The translations under genes and the position numbers were made by a program. Positions 35,001-47,000 of a stretch of 64,000 bases of DNA are shown here, in pieces; positions within the stretch are counted from its first letter, which is position 1, and each line of letters begins with the position of its first letter. Source of the DNA: Sphyrna mokarran (lineage: Eukaryota); assembly GCA_024679065.1 (NCBI GenBank), contig JAGIQG010000012.1, positions 66,030,001 to 66,094,000 of the forward strand, read 5' to 3'. The notes beneath the pieces were generated by a model. That model did no database searches. It had not been told where the DNA came from and saw only the letters and a list, made by a program, of their open reading frames with translations.

Positions 35001-38000
35001 CTTTCAATGGAATTAGCATTTCTGGATCTTCTAAAATCACCATTACTGTTCACCAGGAACTGAACTGGACTAGTCATATACATACTAAGGCTCCATCAAC
35101 TACACTTCCCAAAGTCACACACCATCCTAACTTGTAACTGTACTATCATTCCTTCACTGTTGCTGTGTCAAAATCCTGGAACTGAGATTATCTTTATTGT
35201 CTTAACAGCACTGTGGGTGTACATACATTACATTTACTGCAGTAGTTTGAGAAGGTAGCTCAGCACCACCTTCCCAAGGGAGACTTAGGGGCGTGTAATA
35301 AATGCTGGTTGAACTAGCAGCATCTGTGTCCTATGACCGAATAAAGAAAAACACTAATACCTCTTTCAACAAGAGTGTAACTTTTTCTAAGGTTTGCAGT
35401 GCAAAGCTAGAGTTGTTTCTCCTTGGAGAGAAGTGAAGATTCGATAGAGGAATACAGGATAATGACAGATAAAATGTTCCTAATAGTTGACAGTACAAGG
35501 ACTAGTGCAGTCAGATTTAAAGTTTTGGGCATCAATTTGGGGGTTGAGAGGAAGAACTTTTCTATACAGCAAATAGTGCAGAGTAATGACTTGGAACTAG
35601 CTGCCAACAAGGATGGTGGAAGACAAGGTTATTAATCATTTCAAAAGGATACTGGATAGGCTATTGAGAGAAATAAACTTGTAGGGTTAGTGGCATAGAT
35701 TGGATGATTGGGACTAACTGAATTATTCTCAAAGCTGACTTGAACTAAATAGGCTGAATGGCCTCCTCCTGTGCCATAATGATTGAGCAGCTCTTGCTAG
35801 TTCAGTGATTACTATTTGATTGCAATCTGCGGATACTTCAAACGCACCCTCTTGGAAACTGAGAGTAACTTCCAGATTTGTGTGTTTAACTGCACATATG
35901 TTGACTTCAGAAATTGCTGTGGATTCTGAAGAGCAAATGCTATGTTTCACTATTATTATCACTGCAAAGTATTAGTCAATGTTTAATCTCATTTTTTTTC
36001 TTGATTCGTTCATGGAATATTGCAGGCAAAGCCACTTTGCTCATTCCTAATTGCCCTTGAACTGAACATTTCAGATGCTAGTTAAGAATCGACCACATTG
36101 CTGTGGGCCTGGAGTTGCATGTAGACCAGATTAGGGTAGGAAACCTGCCGTTTTTGCCCAAAGAACGCTAATGAACCAGATGGGCCTTTTATGACAATTG
36201 AAGATAGGTTAATGGTTACCATTGCTGGCCTAGCTTTATGTTACAGATTTATTAAGTCCACCTTGGTAGTGTTTGAACCCATGTTCCCATTAGTCTAGGC
36301 CTCTGGAATTACTTGTCCAATGATGATATCACTATCACTATCGCCATCTCCCTCTAGTTGGTTTATTAGCTGCAATTGTTTTCAAAGTTTCATGCTTTAG
36401 TTGTAAATCTTCAGTGGGTTATAATGTCATTCTCCATGTAATTCTCTATATGAAGGAAAAATTATGAAGAACAGTGTTATGTCAAAGTTTATTACTCTTT
36501 TCCAGTGTATTTTGTAATTTGCAGTACTTGAAAGCATGTTTTCTATAATGATTAATGTCAGTGTAAGTGGTATCATGTTTATTTTTGAAGTCATAACTAT
36601 GTCTCATCCATCTTTTAGAAGTGTACACTAAATTGCGAGGAGCTCCCTTTTTACAAAGCAATAGAAGTGGAAACACAATATGCATGCACTATTTCCTTTT
36701 AACATTTTGTTTAATTTTATGATCAGTTTTCCAACCTCTGTTGTGATCATATGAACTTTGACAACGGACATTGGCAGGGTATTCAAAAAGGTTATTGGGA
36801 TTGTATTGCCAGGCGTAATATTTGAGCTAAATCTAATATTTCCCCACCCTACATCACTTTCCTAGCTAATATACTCTGTCAGAGAGTCGGTGCAGATTCG
36901 ATCGCCAAATGGTCTCCTCTGCACTGTTGGGATTCTGTGAAAATGTTCCCATGTACATTCGAGGTAATATAACTGGTTAAGTGCAGCTATATAAGAAATT
37001 GAGACATAGTCACAAGTTAATAGAATGATGTATATTTCATGTTCATTTATTTTGTTGTATTTAAACTGAAGAAGGAAAATGTTTTTCAGGAAATGCAATA
37101 TTCTGTTCATTGCAATGAGGGCCATAATTTAATTTTACTAAAAGTACATTAGAAGTATATTTATGTATTCAATTACTCAATACTTGTTCCAATAATTAGT
37201 ATTTGATATTTTCTGGCTGCTTAATTTCTTTTGAAAAGAAAATCTTCTGTTTTGCCAGTCATATTTTATCTTTAAAAACGTGATGTGAATCCATCTGCAT
37301 AATAATTAAAGGTATTAAATAGTAACAAAAACAGTCAAGGTTCCAGTGAGAGAGGAAATCTTAGACTTATTTTATATGGGCAATGCTATCTTCAGAAGAA
37401 CCACTTTCGTTCTCTTTCTAGAATATGCAAAAAGCCCTTGAAGTGAAAGCTCAGTATGAATCGGACATGGCTATCGGTGGCTATGCTGCACTAATAAATC
37501 TTTGCTGTCGACACGATAATGCAGAAGAGGCAATGAACCTGAAACAAGAAGTGTAAGTACACTAGTGCAGAAATATGTCAGGTTAATTTATGCTGATATA
37601 AGGACCTTCCTGAATTAAACAGGTAGAAATCTTTAGATTCCCTTCATAAAATCTTAATCAGGGCCTGTACCATGGATAAATTAAAAGTGAGAGTTGCTGC
37701 ACATTGATTTTTATGTAGCATGAAGTTGAGCGTTGTATTTTTGCAACATTTTGATGTACTAAATAAAACTCTGCTCAGTTGTGAAAAACTAACCTTGTCC
37801 TCCCTGTTCTGAAATTTAAGGGACCGTAAAGATTCGTCTGTTGCCCTTGACACAAATAAGTACTTGGCACTAGTGAGAGTCCTAGCCAAGCATGGTAAAT
37901 TAGAAGGTAAGCTGTCTGCTTGTGTAAACTAATTAGTTTTTTTTAAATCACAATTAAGCATTTACTGTAAAGTAAATGAGAATGTGACTTTATTTTGATG

Positions 38001-41000
38001 GTCTATACCATGCCTTCAAAGGTTATATTAGCATGGTGTGTGATAATTTTCATGTGAATTCACATAAAAATGCTGGACAGTGCAGGCCATTACAGTAGTT
38101 ATAATGGCTTGGCAAGCTTGTCATTTATATTTTGCACAGCTCAGTGCATTTGCTTTTTTTTTTTTGCAGCTCTTTTTATTAACATAGCCATTCAAAGTTT
38201 GAGGAACATGACTTGTGGCATAGATTGCCTACTGTGCCTACACTAATGGTTTTTATTTTTGTTTTAGTATGGTAATGCATAATAACTTGAATGCAAAGTT
38301 GCATGACATTTATAAAACAGTCTGAATATGCTATTTGGAAATAAATGTTCAGTTCAATTTCAGAATTATATTTGGAACTTATTAAAACATTTGAAATAAT
38401 TCACTTAGCTGGATTAGTTGCTAAAAGCCACAATGCTTGCTTTTGTTGAAATATGAGAATGGACTAGATCTATTCCATAAGGAGAACTAATTTGTTCAGA
38501 TTATCAAACCTTATTTTTTTAATGTAGACTGTTAGAAAGCTTTCCCTCGCTAAGACTGGATAATTAGTATCGGCTCTGCAAACAGGCTGTATCGGTATCA
38601 AGCCATTAGTCTAGATGTAAATACAGTGTAAACACATCTTAATTATCTGGCCTCGTGACAAACCATCTGCTAGAGAAACAATAGTGTGATTTAGCAGATG
38701 TTATCATTGAAGGATAAAAGCATCCATTTAGTGAGATTGTGCAGCTACAGGGCAGGCTGTGCAGGGTTATACAGTGCAGAGTGGGCACACAGATACTGCC
38801 TATAATTTGTAGTCACAGTAGCAGAGAAATGATAAAATCATGCCATTGTGGTATATAATTGTAGTCTCGCATAGATATACAAGTAGTAATTAACTTGAAA
38901 TCTGCATTATACTCCAGAATTTGCATTCTTGCTTAGTTAAAATGCCATTTAAAAAAAAAAGCCAGTTTGTTTTTCTCTTGAATAAATTTTAGCTGGGAAC
39001 CTTTGGTGTTTTGCATTGTAGAAGCTATTCTCATCCTAAAGGAGATGAAAGAGAAAGGGATTGTTCAAAGAGAGACCACCGCCACTTCGTTCTTCCATAT
39101 CCTGAATGCTGTAGCAATGAAGGGAGAAGCAGACACAGTGAAACAGCTACATGAATCCATTGTGAATTTGGGGTTGGCCAAGCCTACTGCCAACCTGTGT
39201 TCACCACTGATTGGAGTCCATCTTGATCAGTAAGTTGAAAATACAAAGATCAACATTTCCTCATAGCAATCAACTTATTGTTCTGCTGAGCAAAAGATTC
39301 TCCACTGTTGTAATGTTGTGCACGCTTATTTTACAAAATTTTTCAAGGAAAACTTAATTGGCTTAGTATAGATTAATGTATGTTTTTCAGTTATTAGCTA
39401 AGCATAGAGTTTGGAACATCTGGTGAAAAATTTGTCTGTCGAGATATATTTCAGCAAACATTTTGACATAACTGCACATTAAAGATGACAATTAGAATTT
39501 TTGAAAGATATTATGCAGCAATGTGAAAGATCAATAGCAAGGCAATGAATTTTATTTTCAAAATGTAGAGCTTAAGATGGGGAATTATTTCCAAGTAATG
39601 GGTCATTCAATTCAGTTGTAACCTCATATTCTAGGTTTCCTGGCTTTATTGCAAATAAGCAAATCTTATGTAAATATCTCCCTGTACTTGTGGTCAGAAG
39701 TAATTAATCCCATGATATTGGAACTTGCATTCAACTATTTCTTAATTTTTAAATCTGAGCTGTAACATCAATTGTAACGTTGTAAACTAGAACTATTTGA
39801 TCGCCTTACACTTCAATTCCACTGTCACCAACTCTTCCTCTCCATTGCCTCTGTTGACCCAGATTCTATCTGTGCTGCAAGCCTCCTTGTCTTGGATGAG
39901 GTATAAAATTCTTCAGCTAAATATTTGGAAAATCATGGTTTACAGCCATGACAAACTGTGACTTCACTACCAACTCCATCACTGCCTCCTCACTCCCCTT
40001 ACTTGTCACCACCACCACCACACCATCACTACTTTGGCTTGAACCAGACTGTTCACAACCTCAAGATCTACTTTGGCCCTGAGATGAGTATGCAGTTTCC
40101 ATCGGACAAGTGCCTATTCCTTTGCTTGTGTCCTATACCAAACAGCTCATTCTTGCCCCAGTGCCTCATGATTGAAATATAAGGACAATTTTAATCCATA
40201 TTTGTATAAACTTCTCCAACTTGATAGTATTTCTTTTCCTCTGACTCTAGCGACTTTTACAACTGTACCATTGGCTGCTGTGCCTTCAATTGTTTCTGTC
40301 TTATTTTTTGCCTTATTTTCATGATTCTGTTTCCTTATTCTCATTTTAAGATCCTTCCTTTAAGATATTTTGACCAAACCGTTGCTCGTTCCAGTTAATT
40401 TTTGTTTGGCTTAGATTTATTTTTTTCCTCATCTCTAAGTGCCTTGGCACTTTTTTCTACATTTTTATATACACACGGACGCAAACACTTTGGTTGTAAT
40501 AAAATTGTCTCAAAAGTTGTCGTTGAATTCTGTCTATTTATGTCTGTGTTTCAAAACGAGGGCAGAGCTCTATAAAAGTGGAGAAAAGCTGTTCTGACGC
40601 CACCTGATCTTTGATCTCTAGGTTGTTCCAGTGTTCATTTTCTTAATTTTTTTTAATTGTACAAAATTTATCACTATTGTAGAAGCTGTAGACTAAACAT
40701 GCTGATGTCTATTGTTAATTTCCCCAATATTTGAAAAAGTTGTTGAAGTTGGAAGAGCATGCAAACATACAAAATAGGAGCATACAAAATTCAGCTGTGC
40801 CATTCAGTAGGATCATGGCGACCTGTTCTTGTTCAAGTTCCACATTGCCATCTACTCCTAATAACCTTTGATTCCTTTATGTAACAAGAATTTGCCTACC
40901 TCCTCAGCCGTAAAAATACTCCATTACCCTGCTTCCAATGCCTTCAGAGGTAAAGAGTTGCCCCTTTAATCCTTCCTGTTAAAACAATGCCTCTAGTTCT

Positions 41001-44000
41001 AAAATTATCCACAAGAGGAAACACCTTTTCCATCTCCACCGTGTCAAGACAATTCAGGATCACACGTACTTTAATCAGGATGCCCCTCACTCTTTTGACT
41101 TCCAGTGGAAGCAAGGCCAACTTGTCCAACCTTCCTTGATAAGACAAACTGTTCATTCCAGGTATCAGTCTGAACTATCTCCAATGCATTTCCATCATTC
41201 CTTAAATAGAGGCCAAAACTGTGCACACTGTTTGCGATGTGGTCTCATTAATACATCCTTACTTTTATGTTCTATTTCTCCTGTAACAAACGATAGCATC
41301 CCATTTGTTGCCTTGATTACGTCTGTATCTGCATACTAGCTTTTTGTGATTAGTGCACTCAAATACCTAGATCCCCTGCACCTTGGAATTCTGCAGTCAT
41401 TCTCTGTTGAAATGTGTATTTTATTATCTGTAAGCTACTGTGATGTGTCAAAGACTTTACAAGCAGCAATCATACACGTAGAAGATAACATTTTATTACA
41501 ATTTTAGATGCACAATGTCTTGCTTTAAATCTTTTGTAATAGACAAGGGTGAATTTTTCATTTGTGTTATAACCTTACATTGTCGCTGTAGAATGTTTAT
41601 TTGAAGTGGGATTTGATCTGATCAGTTGACCGTAAAAACTCTAGTAACCATTCGGAAATGAATATTTTGGATTTTTTTATCCCGCTTCTATTTGAATATG
41701 TATTTAAAGGATGACAGCTTATGATGACATCAGGGAAGCTAACTTGTGCATTACTAGGTCTTGCAGTGCTGAACAGTCAAATTTACATATACAATTGAAA
41801 TGACATGATCGTTGAACCACTCTGCATTAATGACAGTATCCACTGACGTTAATTCAACTTCTTTGCATACTGCGAGATTTAGTATCTCCTCAAGATGGTT
41901 CCCCTTGTGTCGTCATCAACATGCCAATTTTTACTTTAACTTGCACAGATGTGCACTAGTAGACACATGCTTTTAATTTTTTGAGGATTGTTGATGAAAT
42001 GTTACTAAGCCTAAGTGAGCTGTGCTGTACAAAATGGACAGTTTTTTTGTTTCTAATGATGGATGTAACATTTTTCTTCAGCAGTAGTCTTAGTCATTGC
42101 CTTTTGCCCATGGAACAAGACTTTCAGTAATGGCAGCAGAAAGGAATGAGTTACAGATTGATAATCAACATCAATCTGTTGGAAGGACAAATCCAATGTG
42201 CATTTTCACAAATTTTTGGCAAGCATCCTGCAGGAATAAACCACAACTATATGTAAATCAGTTCAACAATATGCCAAATGCATTCTGATCTGTTTTCTTT
42301 ACAATTTACCTCCATTTTACATATTATGGTGCTACCTCACTTTTGTACTTAAGATTGGCCAGTTATGTTTATGTGGGAGTTTAAGAATTGTGTTGTGAGA
42401 CTATTCATACATCAATGCTATCACAACAAACCTGATCCTATCCTTTACATCAGAGTTTGCTGGATAGAAATCATCAGCTGAAGATTTGATTATTTTCTCA
42501 CTGGCCAACTCATGAGTACACTATCGTTCTCTCTGACTAACAGTGTGAACTGAAAATTGAACTAGACATGTTCTACTCAATATCATTCAATTCTGTAAGC
42601 AGGCACACTTAGTAACATTTCATCAGGATTGCATTTTCTAATGAATAGGACTTCTGTTGTGAGAGCCTTGCTTGGAGTGGTACAGAACTGAACATACAAA
42701 TGTGGTACTGAGTCAGAAACAGGTGTTTTGTAAATTGGGAGGGGGGGAAATTTGACATACATTGTGGCAATGTGGAGGAAATGTTCAGGATTACTGCTCA
42801 CCTCTGTGTTCTCGGAGTGTTCAGTGCATACAAAGTGCAGAGGTGTTCCATTCTTCAGTTCAGGCATTCCTGTCCTTAATTAGCTTTTCAGATTGTCAAG
42901 CTTGTCAGCTCAGCACTTCAGGAGCATGATTGAAGTGTCAATTCAGAATGTAAACAATTGAGCTTGCTCTGTTCTATGAGGTATACTGAGTAAAATTATC
43001 GTGCCATTCAAGGTATTGTTTTGAGAATGGGGCTTTATATTTAAGTAGCTGCTAATGAAATATTTTGATGGGGGAGGGGTGGGGAGCGAGTCAATGCATA
43101 GATAAAAAATAAAAGGGACACCAGCTTCTCCCAAATGAACACAACTATCAGCTACAACTAATTAAGAACGAAGTGTTATTGTAAATATCTTGTTGTGATG
43201 TTTAGCAGGGCTGACAGATATAAAATGCATTAATAGCTGCAGACATGGTCTCCTCTATCCACTTTGCATATTTTGACCGGAGGCAGCTATTCTTAAGAAC
43301 AAAGCATTTCAAACTGAAAGTATTTGATCTCCAAGGTTTAAATTTTCTAATATTTATTCTAGCAAGTCACAGCACAAAAATGAAAAAGTTTGTTGTCTGA
43401 AGCTTGTTCCTTCCCCTCCCCACCCCACCCCCGTTTCAAACTGCATTCTAATGATAGTGAAGACTTCAGTGTAGCTTGCCTTATTTTTTAAACTCTTTTT
43501 TTTGCAATTATGAATTTAGCATCACCAGCGCTGAAGGACAAAAGTAGTTCATTTGCTTTGCGGAGACAGGACACTGATAAGATGATTTTTCGTCAAGGAT
43601 CATTGGGTTGTAATTAAGTTGCATTCATGGCTATTGCATTTTGAAGGATGATTGGTAAATGACAGGCTTCATGTGCTTAGCATGGACAGCGTTAGCAATT
43701 TTTTCTGTCCCTGTCAGAAAATCCTGTTGAGGCTGATAATGTAAATGCAGCATATTATTCCGAACAAAAGAGCAGGGAAATGAGCTATCTTGTCTAGTCA
43801 TTCAGTTGTTTAACAGTGACTTCCAGTTAGACTTAATTGGTTGGAAAGCACTTGACATGTGAAGTTACAGCTATTTCNNNNNNNNNNNNNNNNNNNNNNN
43901 NNNNNNNNNNNNNNNNNNNNNNNNNNNNNNNNNNNNNNNNNNNNNNNNNNNNNNNNNNNNNNNNNNNNNNNNNNNNNNNNNNNNNNNNNNNNNNNNNNNN

Positions 44001-47000
44001 NNNNNNNNNNNNNNNNNNNNNNAACAGAGAAACATTTAGCTCAGTAAAGAGCCAGTCCTTTAAATGTATGATTGTGCAAAGCTGATTGTACCATGTAGAA
44101 TTGATTTCCCTGTACACTAACATCTGGTTTAGATTTGCAGATTGGGATTTGTTACACAAGTGTCTTTTTTTGGCTTCCAGTCTTTTTTTCTCTCTTCCAC
44201 CCTGCCTCCCATCCCATTTTATTTTGCTCCTTTCTCTGAGGTTTTCAGATTCAAAAGACGAGCTTTTCAATCAGTAAGCCTGCCATGAATTGCCACTTAA
44301 GTGAAGCTTTTAACATAACGTTACCACACTACATGGCAATTAAAATCAACAGTCCACAATGTTTTCTTACATTATATAAAAGTGAACTGTCTCTTGCTCT
44401 ACCATTGTAAAGTTCTTCTTCACTAAGCAAATGGGGGCTAAGCTGTTGAATAGCAGCTGTAAGCTTTTCACGGCAGTGCTTCATTGTTTGTCTAGTCTGT
44501 TGCTTTTATTTAGTTGCACCATCTATTCACAGATAAAAAATTAACCTATAATTTTGTCTTCATACAAAATGACAAAAATTTGAATGTCTCAGTAGGGTTC
44601 CACTCACTGTACTGTAAACATGGCTTGGGAAGGGTATAAGGTACATATCTATCATGTGAAGCCCCGTTTACACGGAAGAATAGCACTGTGTTTAGATTGT
44701 AATGATCCAATTTAGTTATTTCATTTTAGTACTTGAGACTTTTTTTTATTTTGCAGTGTTCAGTGGGTTGCCTGAACAAATGTTTAATGACAACATAGCC
44801 TGCTCTTTAAATGAAATAGAGGCAGTAAGTTTTATAGTTTTATTTTGTGATTTTCGTTAGCTGTTCTCATGCAGCCAAGAGGGTAAGAGAATCTAGATCT
44901 TGTTGGGCGGTGGAGCGGGGAGAGATGGTGATGGTAGTGGTAGCTTTGGCTACTCATTAGTAATGAAACCCATAAACACTTTCAGGATTTTATTACAAAT
45001 AGTCAGAAGAGGCAGTTTTCACCCAGGATTCTTCATGGTCACCAGCAACTACATATGAGTGATGACTGGTAAAGACAAACAACAACTGGTACACTATATT
45101 AATAATTTCTTCACTCTTAGACCCTTGCTTTGAGGCAGTAACTAAAAGCCTTTCCTCTGTTTACAATTCAAGAATGCACTCATTATTTTCTCCATCTGGA
45201 TAAGCAAATTGGGGAAAAAACTGCAGATTTGGTTTTGGGAAAACAGACTTAGATGTTGGGCATTTCTGTGTCACTTGAACTGTCAGATTATGAAAGAAAG
45301 ACTGGTTTAAAAAAAAATTGAAATAATTTTTCAAAAATACATGCGATTATGCTCTAAACACTTGTTCTTGGAGCTGTAATGCAGCCTTATGGTATAGGGC
45401 ACCCACGTTGCATAAAAGTTTTTTAAAATTATATAACGCAGTGAGTCATAAAACTTAATTCAGTCGCGATCCTCCAGCATTGTAAGTCGGACACAATGGC
45501 TTAAGTACTTGCAGAAACTCCAAACTTAAATTACTGCTTTCAATTTGTTGTTAGAGATTATATACTGAATAGTTTGTATTTGCTACTGTTACTGGGAGAG
45601 GCAGTTTGATTCAAGTTGAAAAGCAATGAAGCAGATAGTGATTTGAGGACTGACTATTAGTGGATTCACATGATGAGTAATATAACAGTCAAGGGTTTTA
45701 CTTGGAAATACAGCTGTCGATTCAAAGTGAATTATTTAGGTATGTTTTTATTTAAAAAATGGAATGAGTGGAATTATTCTGCAATATGCCCTACAACCCT
45801 TTTGCTTTTTTTTAATCATTACATTGTTGTATAACTTTTGCACCTTGTACGAGTAACGTTAAGTTCATTTTAATGATTATCTCCATGTCCATAGATTGCC
45901 TGCCTGGCATGATTTTATTTATGTATGTACCACTTCTTTCTTTAATGCAGCATCAGAAAGAATGAATCTTTTTTCAACCTTTCCATGAATTCCAATGTCT
46001 TGCCTCGATTCCATTTTCTAGTCCAGTTACCTACTTATGTTTATTATGTTCTAAATATTCTGTGTCTGTTTGTATGCCAGAAGATACAAATTGTAAATCA
46101 GAAATGGGGGATAACTGAGTACTAATAAGAGTAAGGAACTTGGTAATTAATATCAAGCAAAGTTTTTGGACTAGAAGCAAGCAAATATCTAGGACTTATT
46201 GGCCTACATCCTCGTGTTATAATAGAGGTTGCTGTAGAGTTAATGGATGAACTATTTATGATTTTCCAAAATTCTCCAGATTTTAGAAAGATGCCAGCAG
46301 AATCTAAGTTTGTGAATGTAACACTGCTATTCACGCAAGGCAAGAGAGAGAAAACCAGGAACTGCAGGCCAATGAGCCATTTGTAACTTGTAGTGTTGGT
46401 AAAGAGGAACCGGAACCAGTAATTTATTTGGATTTCCAAAAGACTTTTGATGTCACCTAAAGGGCTCATGGAGTTGGGGATGCTGTATCAGCATGAATAG
46501 AGGATTTGTTCATAAATAGAAGTGAATAGGACATTTTCAAATGGGCAGACTGTAACTTGTGTTGCAAAGATCAGTGTTGGGACCTCAGCTGTTTACAATT
46601 CATGATAATTATTTAACTGAAGAGCACGAGCTTGATGTATCTAGGTTTGCTGGTGATATAATGCTAGATGGGAATGTAAACTGAGAGGAGGGCACAAAGG
46701 ATTGAGTGGGCAACAAGTTCATAGATGGGAATGTAGTATGGGAAACTGAAGTTATTCACTTCAGTAATAAGGACAAAAAATATATTTTTAATTAGATCTG
46801 AAACTTGCAAATGTTGGCATTTGGGGAAACTTGGGTTCACTCTACCAGAATATCAAATATTAACATAAAGGTCCAGAAGGCAATTTGGCAGGTAAACTAA
46901 ATTGCATGTTGGCCCTTATTTCAAGGTAAGGCTTTGATGAAATCACACCTGGAGTACTGCATGTAGTTTCAATCTCCATATCCAAGGAAGAATTATAATT

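Noticed and set aside
41992-42100. TGATGA as the C box of an intronic C/D snoRNA
   Set aside because: No purine before TGATGA, no CTGA D box with a terminal stem at a suitable distance, and far from a 3' splice site.
43833-44270. ORFs spanning the N run
   Set aside because: Artefacts of the assembly gap.
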